From IMG/VR virus record IMGVR_UViG_3300029893_000003, positions 9,110-73,109 of that record: a DNA stretch of 64,000 nucleotides; one strand, given 5' to 3'. A program made the translations under genes and the position numbers. Shown here piece after piece: positions 54,228 to 63,319 of the stretch. Position 1 is the first letter of the stretch. Each line of letters starts with the position of its first letter. The notes under the pieces were generated by a model, which had not been told where the DNA came from, did not search any database, and saw nothing but the letters and a program-made list of their open reading frames with translations. The stretch comes from a virus.

Positions 54228-55793
54228 ATGGATTACGGAAAGTATTTTAACACCCGCAAGACCCCTCAGAGCCAACCCCTTCCCAATCAAGTGCAGAATA
54301 ACGCTGGTGGTTATTCTTTTCAGGTCGATAAGTGGATGTTGCTGGATCGCTTCCTGATCCTGGGTACAGAGGGTGGATCGTATTACGTGGGGGAACAAGC
54401 TCTCACCGTTGAAAATGCGCGCGCTGCCTACGAATGTATTCAGGAAGACGGTATTCGTGTTGTGGATCGCGTAGTAGAAATTTCTGTTCAGGGACGTGCA
54501 GCTAAGAATGATCCTGCTCTTTATGTTCTAGCTATGGCAGCAGGGACAGGTAATCTAGCCACGCGACGGTACGCTTTATCATATCTTTCTGAGGTAGCGC
54601 GTACTGGAACACATCTATTTACCTTTGTTGATTACGTGCAGCAGTTTCGTGGGTGGGGTCGTGCCCTGAAAAATGCAGTTGGTAACTGGTATCTGGATCG
54701 CCCGATTGAGAAGTTGGCGTATCAGGCTATCAAGTACCGCAACCGTAAGGGCTGGACTCACGCTGATGTGTTGCGTAAGGCACATCCAAAAGCCCACAAC
54801 CAGCTTCAAAATGATCTGTTCAAGTGGATTGTAGATGGTGACGTGCCTAGTATCCAACTGGTACGGGCATTTGAGGCCGCTAAGACCGCTTCGGAAGATG
54901 ATCTTGTAGCTTTGATTGCACAGTATGATCTTCCTCGCGAAGCCTTGCCTACTGAAGCCCTGAACAGCCCGAAGGTATGGCGTTCTTTGTTGGTTCACAT
55001 GCCGTTGATGGCCCTGGTTCGTAACCTGGGTAAGCTGAGTAATGTTGGCGTGGTCGCTCCTGGTCGTTGGGTGGAAATTGAACACACGGTTGGGATGCTG
55101 ACAAACCGCCAAAAAATTCAGCAGTCTCGTATTCACCCTATTCAGGTACTTGCTGCGCTGACTACCTATTCTCAGGGACGGGGCGTACGTGGCAGTTTAA
55201 CGTGGGATGTGGTACCGGAGATTGTTGCAGCACTAAACACAACCTATGAAATGGCGTTTGATAACGTAGAGCCGAGCGGAAAAAAGACACTGGTCGCGTT
55301 GGACGTGTCCTCGTCAATGACATGGGGCGAAGTGTCTGGTGTTCCGGGCTTGACTCCGCGTGTGGCGGCGGCTGCAATGGCAATGATGACCATCAAGACC
55401 GAACCATATACCCTGCCGTTGGCGTTTTCTACTGAGCCTACGCCGATGAATCTGAATAAGTCTATGTCGCTGAATGAAGTAATCCGTGAGATGGAGCGTA
55501 TTCGGTTTGGTGGTACGGATTGCGCCTTGCCGATGCTATGGGCACTAGAGAACAAGGCTGAAGTTGATCTATTTGTGGTGTATACAGATAGCGAAACGTG
55601 GTACGGAAAGATTCATCCTGTTCAGGCATTGCAAATGTATCGTGAGCAGATGGGCATTCCCGCAAAGTTGGCTGTTGTAGGGATGCTGGCAAATAAGTTT
55701 TCGATTGCCGATCCGAACGATCCTGGTATGCTAGATTTTGTGGGCTTTGATACATCTGTTCCACAGGCACTAGCCGAATTTGCTAAGATGTAG
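54228..55793 (+). CDS. rsr: Ro60/Rsr TROVE-domain RNA-binding protein with vWA domain
   Basis: NNAGGYSF, LDRFLILGTEGGSYY, KYRNRKGWTHADVLRKAHP, MPLMALVRNLGKL, MIDAS DVSSSM, GGTDCALPM, YTDSETW, DPNDPGMLDFVGFD. Confidence 0.95.
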   Translation: MDYGKYFNTRKTPQSQPLPNQVQNNAGGYSFQVDKWMLLDRFLILGTEGGSYYVGEQALTVENARAAYECIQEDGIRVVDRVVEISVQGRAAKNDPALYVLAMAAGTGNLATRRYALSYLSEVARTGTHLFTFVDYVQQFRGWGRALKNAVGNWYLDRPIEKLAYQAIKYRNRKGWTHADVLRKAHPKAHNQLQNDLFKWIVDGDVPSIQLVRAFEAAKTASEDDLVALIAQYDLPREALPTEALNSPKVWRSLLVHMPLMALVRNLGKLSNVGVVAPGRWVEIEHTVGMLTNRQKIQQSRIHPIQVLAALTTYSQGRGVRGSLTWDVVPEIVAALNTTYEMAFDNVEPSGKKTLVALDVSSSMTWGEVSGVPGLTPRVAAAAMAMMTIKTEPYTLPLAFSTEPTPMNLNKSMSLNEVIREMERIRFGGTDCALPMLWALENKAEVDLFVVYTDSETWYGKIHPVQALQMYREQMGIPAKLAVVGMLANKFSIADPNDPGMLDFVGFDTSVPQALAEFAKM

Positions 55794-55818
55794 GGGGAGT
55801 AATCCCCCTTATTAATAA

Positions 55819-55891
55819 GGGACTGTAGCTCAGCGGTTAGAGCAACCGGCTCATAACCGGTCGGTCACAGGTTCGAATCCTGTCAGTCCCA
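55819..55891 (+). tRNA. tRNA with CAT anticodon (probably Ile2/lysidine type; elongator Met not excluded); CCA not encoded
   Basis: GGGACTG/CAGTCCC acceptor; D-arm GCTCAGCGGTTAGAGC; anticodon arm ACCGG-CTCATAA-CCGGT; T-arm ACAGG-TTCGAAT-CCTGT. Confidence 0.9.
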
Positions 55892-55920
55892 TGTTCGGTT
55901 AATAATTAAGGAGATATGAA

Positions 55921-56175
55921 ATGCCCCTAGCACAAGAAACAAAAGATAAACGAATTAAGGAACGCATCGACAGAATCCAACAGAAAGTTAATGCAGTAAC
56001 AGAAGTCCTACAAGAACTAGAAGAACACTTTGCCAGCCAATATGAGATTAGTCGCGCAGAGTGGAGTGAGTTGTTTAGTTCTCTCATCAAGCGTCGTGAT
56101 ACAGCGTTCCGTCAGCTAGAAGACAACTGTTATGACGAGTTTAAATTCTTACTAGAGCAGCTAGAGGAGAAATAG
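55921..56175 (+). CDS. Coiled-coil hypothetical protein
   Basis: AAGGAG RBS. Confidence 0.65.
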   Translation: MPLAQETKDKRIKERIDRIQQKVNAVTEVLQELEEHFASQYEISRAEWSELFSSLIKRRDTAFRQLEDNCYDEFKFLLEQLEEK

Positions 56176-56176
56176 C

Positions 56177-56425
56177 ATGAAGTATTTTCTTGTCTACAAC
56201 AGCGAACTTCACCCCTTTGCTACTGTTCAAGCCGCCGAAAGTGGCTTTTATAATCTGGCAGAGGATCATTGGCACAACATGAGCTTTCGTACCAAACAAA
56301 CCTTACAAGAGTTTATTCGTATTCAGCGTGCAACAATAGTAACACCAAGAGGATCGGAGCTTATTTTGATGAGCCAGCATCGACCGTTTCATGGTTGGGT
56401 ACGGACTCAAAACGCTATAAAATAG
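56177..56425 (+). CDS. Hypothetical protein
   Basis: GAGG RBS. Confidence 0.6.
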   Translation: MKYFLVYNSELHPFATVQAAESGFYNLAEDHWHNMSFRTKQTLQEFIRIQRATIVTPRGSELILMSQHRPFHGWVRTQNAIK

Positions 56426-56428
56426 TCC

Positions 56429-56457
56429 TTGACTTTTAGTTACCTCTATGCTATACT
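56429..56457 (+). promoter_or_regulatory. Sigma70 promoter for the replication operon
   Basis: TTGACT-17-TATACT with extended -10 TG. Confidence 0.75.
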
Positions 56458-56479
56458 CTAGGCACCAAAGGAGAATGAT

Positions 56480-59400
56480 ATGCCTGAGCCTACACAAGAA
56501 CAAGTTTCTATTATCAACTTCCCTGCTGATGAACATCTAGCTGTTGAAGCGGTCCCAGGTAGTGGGAAGTGTCTGGGTAAGGATACCCCCGTTATGTTAT
56601 TTGATGGGACGGTTAGAGCGGTACAAGATATAGTACCCGGCGATTTGTTAATGGGACCAGACTCAAAGCCTCGCACTGTTTTGTCTACTTCCGTAGGGTA
56701 TGGAAATTTGTACAAAATTGTACCTACCAAGGGAGATGCGTGGATATGTAATGAAGAACATATCTTAACATTGGTCTATTCGGGAAAGGAAGAAGTTGAA
56801 GACGTATCTCTGTCAGAGTATTTTACTAGGTCAAGAGCATATCGTGAAAGGGCTAAGCTGTTCCGTGTTCCTGTGGACTTTCCTAAAAAAGAACTTCCTG
56901 TTGATCCTTACTTGTTGGGAGTTTGGTTAGGGGATGGACATAGAGACAACCCAATAATCACTAATAAAGAACCTATTATACAAGAGTATTGCGTAGCAAA
57001 GGCTAATGAGCTAGGAATATCTGCTATTGTAGTAGATGCTCCTGAAATAAATAGCCAATATATTTATCTAACAAACAACTACAAAGGAAATCCGTTACGC
57101 AAATTTTTTGCTTCTTGTGTTACTGATGATGGAGAAAAATTTATCCCGCAGGACTATCTTACCAGCAGCAGAGAAGATCGTTTAGATTTGTTGGCAGCCC
57201 TATTAGATACAGATGGATATTATAATGGTGGGTCCTTTGAAATTACTACCAAATATAACACCCTGAAAGACAACATATTGTTTCTAGCCAGAAGTTTGGG
57301 CTTTGCTGCCTATGCAAAACGCAAAGTAGCTGCTATCAAATCTCTAGACTTTTCAGGAGAATATTGGAGAATATCAATTAGTGGGGATGTAAGTATTATT
57401 CCCAATAAGATTCCTCGTAAACAAGCGTTTCCGCGACGACAGATTAAAAATGTGTTGCGTACAGGGTTTTCTGTGGAAGGCATAGGGAAAGGAGCATATT
57501 ACGGATTTACACTAGATGGTGATGGCAGGTTTTTGTTGGGTGACTTTACTGTAACTCACAATACGTTTACCATTGCCTACCGAGTAAAGGCTTTCTTGGA
57601 TCAGGGGGTTGATCCTGCTAATATTCTGGTGTGTACGTTCTCTCGCTCACAGGCAGAAGATATGTCTCTCCGTATTCTATCCTTCCTAAAGCAGCACTAC
57701 CCTACTATCGGCCTATCTGCTTTAGCGAATGGGTTTGGCGAGGGCATAGGACAGATTACGACCATCCACGCTACAGCTAGACGTATGCTAATCCACTATC
57801 CCGAATACACTAAGTATTCAGAACTACAAGTTGCTCCTACATGGAAAGAGCGTAGCATTATTGAAAACTTTGTGGAAAGAATTAACTGGACGTACTACAA
57901 TGTCCGAGAGAAAAAAGAAGCTCTCGTTGGCTATCAGTCAATTTTATTCTACATTAACAACGCTAAAAATGCGGGTGTCAATCTTAATGTAGCAGAACTG
58001 ACTGAATACTACCTTAGTACGGGATTGGGTAGAGAACACGTTCGTAACTTGGTGTCTACCACCCTGCACTACCAACAAGAACTACAACGCAACAATATGT
58101 GGACGTTTGCTGATATGCTGTATGAGTGCGAGAAGCAGCTTCGAGAGGATGCGGCTTTCCGTTCGTACTGGCATGATCGGTTTACTCATGTGTTGATTGA
58201 CGAAGCACAGGACACTAATGGACAGGCTATGCGAATTGTCCATCTCCTTAATCCTAGTAGTATTACTGTGGTGGGAGACGCTGATCAAACGTTGTACGCT
58301 TTCAATGGAGCAACACCAGATACCAACCTGCGTACAGGTTTTGATCAGCGGTTTGGCGGCGGTCGTCTTTCTATGTCAGTTAATTTCCGTAGCCAACCTA
58401 ACATCCTGAAACGAGCAGGGCTTCTTATTCGTCATAACTATGACAGTGAAACGATCAAATATATGAAAAACCTACAGCCACGCGAGGGTGTAGCTGTTGG
58501 AGATGATGTAACCTTTTCGTGGTATCAAGACGCCGAAGAAGAGGCGCGAGGAGTTGTTGCTAATCTTGTTCAATACATGGAAGAAGGGCATGTCCCTGGT
58601 GACTTCTTTATCATGTCGCGCACAAACGCGCAGATGGCGTACTTTGAACTAGAACTTTTAAACCACAATCTGCCCTTTGTGAACTTGGGCGTATCTAGTT
58701 TCTTTAACCGTCCGGTGCCGCGTATGCTGCTTAACTACATGCGGCTGGCTGTTGATCCGACTGATTGGGAAGCTTTTGATATTGTCCACAACGTAGCTTC
58801 TTGTTGGATGACTAACAACCAAGGCAAACCAATCAACACACGGTTCTTAGGACAGAAATTCCTAGAGAGACTTTCCCGCACCAATGGCGATGGAACCCCT
58901 ACAAACTCTCTGGAAGAGGCGTATGCCCATAAATACGATACTGATCAACGTGGGTGGACACGCTGGCAGAGGGGTGTTCAGGACTTGCAGGATACTATGC
59001 AGGCTCTTGCTGGATATGAAATGTCGCACAACGCAGGATCGTTGGCCTCTGAGATTACACGGATTGTAGTAGATAAGTGGATTGAAAACGAGTTTGGTGT
59101 TGAAACAGACGCTTCTGACGGTGCGCGGGATGATCTTCAGGTGGTGTTGGCGTTGGCTAAACGGTTTACAGTGCGTGATTTTCTTGAGTATGTGCGCCAG
59201 CTAACCGCTACTAAAGACATTAAGCCAGAGAATATGACGGACTATATTCTAATTGGCACAATCTATAAGTTTAAGGGTTTGGAGCGTCCGATAGTTTACG
59301 TGGTTGGTGCCAGTCAGGGCCTACTACCACACCGTTTCAGTTTGGGGGAAACCCCCCCGACCGATGGCTTGCCCATTCCCTCTACCGGAAGTTTGTGGGA

Positions 59401-59533
59401 TGAGCGGAACGTCATGTATGTGGCAGTAACCCGCGCTAAAGACGTATGCCACATTTCGGGTATTCAGAACTGGGCAACTATCAAAGACCCGCTTGAGCCT
59501 TCTATCTTCGTACAGGAAATGGAGTTGTTGTAA
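56480..59533 (+). CDS. UvrD/PcrA-like SF1 helicase interrupted by an intein
   Basis: AVPGSGK|TFT Walker A, LIDEAQD, VGDADQTLYAFNGA, NFRSQ, TIYKFKGLE, ERNVMYVAVTRAK. Confidence 0.9.
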   Translation: MPEPTQEQVSIINFPADEHLAVEAVPGSGKCLGKDTPVMLFDGTVRAVQDIVPGDLLMGPDSKPRTVLSTSVGYGNLYKIVPTKGDAWICNEEHILTLVYSGKEEVEDVSLSEYFTRSRAYRERAKLFRVPVDFPKKELPVDPYLLGVWLGDGHRDNPIITNKEPIIQEYCVAKANELGISAIVVDAPEINSQYIYLTNNYKGNPLRKFFASCVTDDGEKFIPQDYLTSSREDRLDLLAALLDTDGYYNGGSFEITTKYNTLKDNILFLARSLGFAAYAKRKVAAIKSLDFSGEYWRISISGDVSIIPNKIPRKQAFPRRQIKNVLRTGFSVEGIGKGAYYGFTLDGDGRFLLGDFTVTHNTFTIAYRVKAFLDQGVDPANILVCTFSRSQAEDMSLRILSFLKQHYPTIGLSALANGFGEGIGQITTIHATARRMLIHYPEYTKYSELQVAPTWKERSIIENFVERINWTYYNVREKKEALVGYQSILFYINNAKNAGVNLNVAELTEYYLSTGLGREHVRNLVSTTLHYQQELQRNNMWTFADMLYECEKQLREDAAFRSYWHDRFTHVLIDEAQDTNGQAMRIVHLLNPSSITVVGDADQTLYAFNGATPDTNLRTGFDQRFGGGRLSMSVNFRSQPNILKRAGLLIRHNYDSETIKYMKNLQPREGVAVGDDVTFSWYQDAEEEARGVVANLVQYMEEGHVPGDFFIMSRTNAQMAYFELELLNHNLPFVNLGVSSFFNRPVPRMLLNYMRLAVDPTDWEAFDIVHNVASCWMTNNQGKPINTRFLGQKFLERLSRTNGDGTPTNSLEEAYAHKYDTDQRGWTRWQRGVQDLQDTMQALAGYEMSHNAGSLASEITRIVVDKWIENEFGVETDASDGARDDLQVVLALAKRFTVRDFLEYVRQLTATKDIKPENMTDYILIGTIYKFKGLERPIVYVVGASQGLLPHRFSLGETPPTDGLPIPSTGSLWDERNVMYVAVTRAKDVCHISGIQNWATIKDPLEPSIFVQEMELL
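56570..57562 (+). mobile_element. Intein with LAGLIDADG endonuclease (331 aa) in the helicase P-loop
   Basis: Starts CLGKDTPV, ends VTHN followed by Thr+1; LGVWLGDG and LAALLDTDG motifs. Confidence 0.95.
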
Positions 59534-59853
59534 TGGGAATTAAATCACTTAACAAACGTGTGCTATCTTTAATGGACTATCTAGAATGGAAGGGTAAAAA
59601 GGACTGGTCACAAGAGACAAACCTTGGAACTTCCGTTCTAGAATTTCAAGAGTGGTTGCGAAAGCATATCGACTTAATAGGAGAGGAATCTATTCGAAAG
59701 ATATTGACAGACTACTACTTTGGTGGTAAGATGGGGAACCAGAGTAAGGGATTTTATGTCAAGAGGGCATATGGTGACTCTATCCTTCTAGCAGTCTACA
59801 ATAAGGAAATTTCAAGAACCTATAGAGAGATGACTAATGAGCGACGAGCTTAG
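59533..59853 (+). CDS. Hypothetical protein
   Basis: Coupled ORF. Confidence 0.6.
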   Translation: MGIKSLNKRVLSLMDYLEWKGKKDWSQETNLGTSVLEFQEWLRKHIDLIGEESIRKILTDYYFGGKMGNQSKGFYVKRAYGDSILLAVYNKEISRTYREMTNERRA

Positions 59854-60148
59854 CATAGAGATTGAACAGAGCGCCTGTGATGGAAACTGGTGCCGACTCA
59901 AGGTCGAAAAGGTGAGTCTGCACGTCGAACGCCGCAAAGGAAACACTACTCGCGAAGCCTGGGTATCCTTTGTACCAGAGACGGGCATGAAACTAACCGT
60001 AGCTTTTGAGGAACACCCTGGTGCTGGTCCTCTACCAGAGGGAACCATCAGAGTTATTACGTTGGGTGATATGCTCAAGAACGCTCTTACTGAATTGCAA
60101 GACACTATTCTATTTGCAGAAGATAAAGAAGAAGAAGGAGAATGGTAA
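59837..60148 (+). CDS. Hypothetical protein
   Basis: Coupled ORF. Confidence 0.6.
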   Translation: MSDELSIEIEQSACDGNWCRLKVEKVSLHVERRKGNTTREAWVSFVPETGMKLTVAFEEHPGAGPLPEGTIRVITLGDMLKNALTELQDTILFAEDKEEEGEW

Positions 60149-61341
60149 TGGCAAAAAAGGGTTTTGGTGTGCTTGGCGACTTTAATAATGTCGAGAGCGG
60201 ATATGAAACAATAGACGATGGTGACTATACTGTAGTAGGAGTGGAAAGCGTCTTCTCTACTGACAAAAATGGGTATCCTGTTTTTGTGGACCAGAACGGA
60301 CGGGATGTGGCACGTATCCGCTTCCTGCTAGAGGACGGATCAACTGGCCCCGCGTTTAGTGGGACAAAACCGGAACTGGTCCTCTTGGCAGGGTTGTTTG
60401 GTGTTGATGTTCGGCAGCTACGTGGCAAGGAAGGAACTTCTTTCCTCTCCACTTTTCAGACAATTACTGCCGAAGCCCCTAACAAACTTAATGTCACAAG
60501 CAAAAACGGGTGGGTGAATCTTGATCTCCTTCCCCCTGAGAACCTTTATACAGTTAGGTTTGTAGGTGCCCACCGCCCTGATCGTGGGGATGGACTGTTG
60601 TGGCAACCTGGGGAGTACGGAGAAACCCTAGTCTTTGATTTTGAAATTGCGGGTGATGTGCTTGGTCGTCCTTCTTTGTATGATGAGTATCGGTTCGGTG
60701 TCTTTGTACGTAATCCGTTTGCTGAACCGAAGGATGGACAGCCCCGCTTTAAGCTGACAGACAGGGGCGCTACTCCGGTTGACACGGCCCGTATGATGAA
60801 GTTTGTTCAGATGTTTTGTCCGAACATGCTTGACGAATATGAGTGGGAAAGCGATCCACTTGAGAGTGTGTATGGTACGGATGAAACAGCAAATCCACAA
60901 ATTCCTATCATCCACGCCGCACGCAAACAAAAGAAGACTGCAATTGTTAATCTCAAGCACAAGACTACAAAGGCTGGTCGTAAGGTCATTGACATGGACC
61001 TGCTCGATTTGACTACGGCTGAACCTGACGCAGTTGATTACACAGATACGCCGACTCAGCCTGCCGAACTGTTGGATTTGATTACCTACATTGAGACACG
61101 TTGGCCTGATGAAGAAATCTTTGATCAGTCTTCGGATGATGATGAAGTGATCTTCACTGAGGCGGGTAAACAATGGGCCTCTGAGTACCTTACGGCCCCC
61201 TGGAAGGCGGCAGGACTGCCTGCGCGCAATCGCAATCTGGCGTCCCTTACCAATGAGCAGGTTGGTACTCTGCTACGAGAACTGAAATCTCTGTACGGAG
61301 AGATCGACCAGCCAGAAGAGTCTGAGGCTCCTAACTGGTAA
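60142..61341 (+). CDS. Replication-module protein of unknown function (possibly ssDNA-binding)
   Basis: 399-aa acidic ORF between the helicase and primase; no motif recognised. Confidence 0.6.
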   Translation: MVMAKKGFGVLGDFNNVESGYETIDDGDYTVVGVESVFSTDKNGYPVFVDQNGRDVARIRFLLEDGSTGPAFSGTKPELVLLAGLFGVDVRQLRGKEGTSFLSTFQTITAEAPNKLNVTSKNGWVNLDLLPPENLYTVRFVGAHRPDRGDGLLWQPGEYGETLVFDFEIAGDVLGRPSLYDEYRFGVFVRNPFAEPKDGQPRFKLTDRGATPVDTARMMKFVQMFCPNMLDEYEWESDPLESVYGTDETANPQIPIIHAARKQKKTAIVNLKHKTTKAGRKVIDMDLLDLTTAEPDAVDYTDTPTQPAELLDLITYIETRWPDEEIFDQSSDDDEVIFTEAGKQWASEYLTAPWKAAGLPARNRNLASLTNEQVGTLLRELKSLYGEIDQPEESEAPNW

Positions 61342-61712
61342 TGTTGAAGAGGGCTTATCACGAATCGTTTGGTGAGATAAGCCCCGAACAGGCCGATATG
61401 AGGTCGCTTAGTGGTGTGTCTTCGGATAATCCACTAAGCGACCTTTATAACCCGGCCAAGGTCGGGGATAAACCAACTGATTTGGTAACGTTTCTGCTGG
61501 CAGAGCAGCGTAAGGTGTATGGATATACCTACTTAGATAGATTACCTTACCCTGCCCTAGTGAAACATGCCAAACTACTGCTGAAAAAGTATTCTCCACA
61601 GCTTATTAAAAGAGGAATTGCTTTGTCGGTTAGATGGGGCAAGTATCCGGCATCATTTAAGTTTGTGGAAGGGTGTATATTAAGAATAATAAAGTCAACT
61701 ACCCCTGGCTAA
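61341..61712 (+). CDS. Hypothetical protein with C-terminus altered by an IS remnant
   Basis: Removing 61694-62023 restores ...RIIKSQFKSYEEAQAARKK* ending just before the primase ATG. Confidence 0.65.
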   Translation: MLKRAYHESFGEISPEQADMRSLSGVSSDNPLSDLYNPAKVGDKPTDLVTFLLAEQRKVYGYTYLDRLPYPALVKHAKLLLKKYSPQLIKRGIALSVRWGKYPASFKFVEGCILRIIKSTTPG

Positions 61713-62023
61713 AGCCGGGAGCTTGTAAGTCGATACCGCTAGGCGGTACTGCCTACGATTGGCGGGTTGACAGCCGCCCGGCGGGAGATGTTCACCGCCG
61801 CGAAGTGGTCAGCGTGGCCGACGCAGCCACACTCAACGCAGGAGAAGGTGCTTTGATCAGGACGGTTCCGTTTGTCGATACAGCCGCAAGCCGGACAGGT
61901 GCGCGAGGTGTTGCGCGGGTCTACCGCGACCACCGGCACACCTGCCAACCGCGCCTTGTACTCGACGTACCGGCGCAATTGAGAGAACGACCAGCTATGC
62001 AAGGTGGCGCGTCTAGCATGGTG
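61694..62023 (-). mobile_element. Internally deleted IS200/IS605 element (tnpB 3' fragment plus right end)
   Basis: Fragment LHSWSFSQLR...TSRTCPACG...ADHFAAVNI; RE GCTCCCGGCTTTAGCCAGGGGTAGTTGAC; TGAC at the left junction. Confidence 0.8.
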
Positions 62024-62074
62024 GTCACAGTTTAAATCATACGAAGAAGCACAAGCGGCTAGAAAGAAATAACT

Positions 62075-63319
62075 ATGCCTAAAGGATTTGGAGCTAAATA
62101 TCTTGTACCACTTGAAGCTATCCGTCCCATTCACATCGACCGCATTTTAGCCATGTTTGACATACCTAGCGAAGGTGTTTTAACAAGGTGCCCTTTCCAT
62201 GATGACGAACAGGCGTCTATGCAAATCAACGACACCTGGGTTTATTGTTATGGTTGCAACAAATCTTGGGATAACTTTGCCTTTGTGCGTGACATGCTTA
62301 TTCAACAAGGAAAACGTGCTACCTTTGATGCGGTACTTGATTGGTTTACAGATCATATTGATGATCTACCAGCATCAAGCTTCACAAAGAGGGAAAAAGC
62401 AGAATACGTTGGTCCTGTCGATCCATTCCTTGTAAACTATTGGCACGATTGCATACAGGCAAATGGACATATCGAACATCTCATGCAAGAACGGCTGTTG
62501 ACAGAGGAAACAATCAGCCGCTATAAATTGGGGTGGCGACCCGATATGTATGCATGGAGTATCCCGTTTTGGCGTGGCCTACCAGGAGAGAGTGAAGTAG
62601 ACATTCTCCAATTTCGGCATACCAAACCTAGTAAAACAAAGTACACTGGTCTGTCAGGCCACAACCGGGCATCCGTAATGAACGCACACCTCTTGTCAGA
62701 ACCACAAGAATATGTTATCATCCTGTTTGGAACGTTCGATCCCATTCTTGCCCTGCAAGACGGGCTACCAGCCGTAGGTTTTAATGGTGCCTCTCACTTT
62801 GTCTCAAGAGATAAAGAACGGCTGTTAGAAATGTTTGCTAGGCAAACAAGAATTTATATCGTACCCGACAACCAACCAGAGGAACTAAAACATGCTAAGC
62901 AACTCAGAAAGGTTTTGGGGGAACACCGAACATCCATCCGTACCTTTCCTGAAGGGTGTGCGGACAAAGAGGATTACATTTCATATCGTCATAAGTATAC
63001 TGTAGAAGATTTTTTAATCGACGTACTCAGAATAAAACCCATTCGTTCAGTAAATGAACAGCTAGTTATCAACCTGTATGAACTTCTTCGGGTAGGAGAT
63101 GGGTATGATCTTGCTCCGCTACATCTTTCGTTCTATCAGGGTACGGTAGTGGCAGACGTGGCACGATCTCTTGCCTATCAAAAACGGTTTGATAACTATT
63201 CTCCTGAAAGTTGGGTTGCTTTACAGGACGATTTTTGTTCAGTCCGTTGTTTAGAAGAGTTTGAGTCTGTTTATAAGAAGTGGGCCAACCACTCATATAC
63301 CCTGTTAGGAGGGTGGTAA
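62075..63319 (+). CDS. DNA primase (CHC2 zinc finger plus TOPRIM-like)
   Basis: CPFHDDEQASM...YCYGC; IVPDNQPE; TOPRIM acidic motif atypical (LFGTFD). Confidence 0.8.
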   Translation: MPKGFGAKYLVPLEAIRPIHIDRILAMFDIPSEGVLTRCPFHDDEQASMQINDTWVYCYGCNKSWDNFAFVRDMLIQQGKRATFDAVLDWFTDHIDDLPASSFTKREKAEYVGPVDPFLVNYWHDCIQANGHIEHLMQERLLTEETISRYKLGWRPDMYAWSIPFWRGLPGESEVDILQFRHTKPSKTKYTGLSGHNRASVMNAHLLSEPQEYVIILFGTFDPILALQDGLPAVGFNGASHFVSRDKERLLEMFARQTRIYIVPDNQPEELKHAKQLRKVLGEHRTSIRTFPEGCADKEDYISYRHKYTVEDFLIDVLRIKPIRSVNEQLVINLYELLRVGDGYDLAPLHLSFYQGTVVADVARSLAYQKRFDNYSPESWVALQDDFCSVRCLEEFESVYKKWANHSYTLLGGW

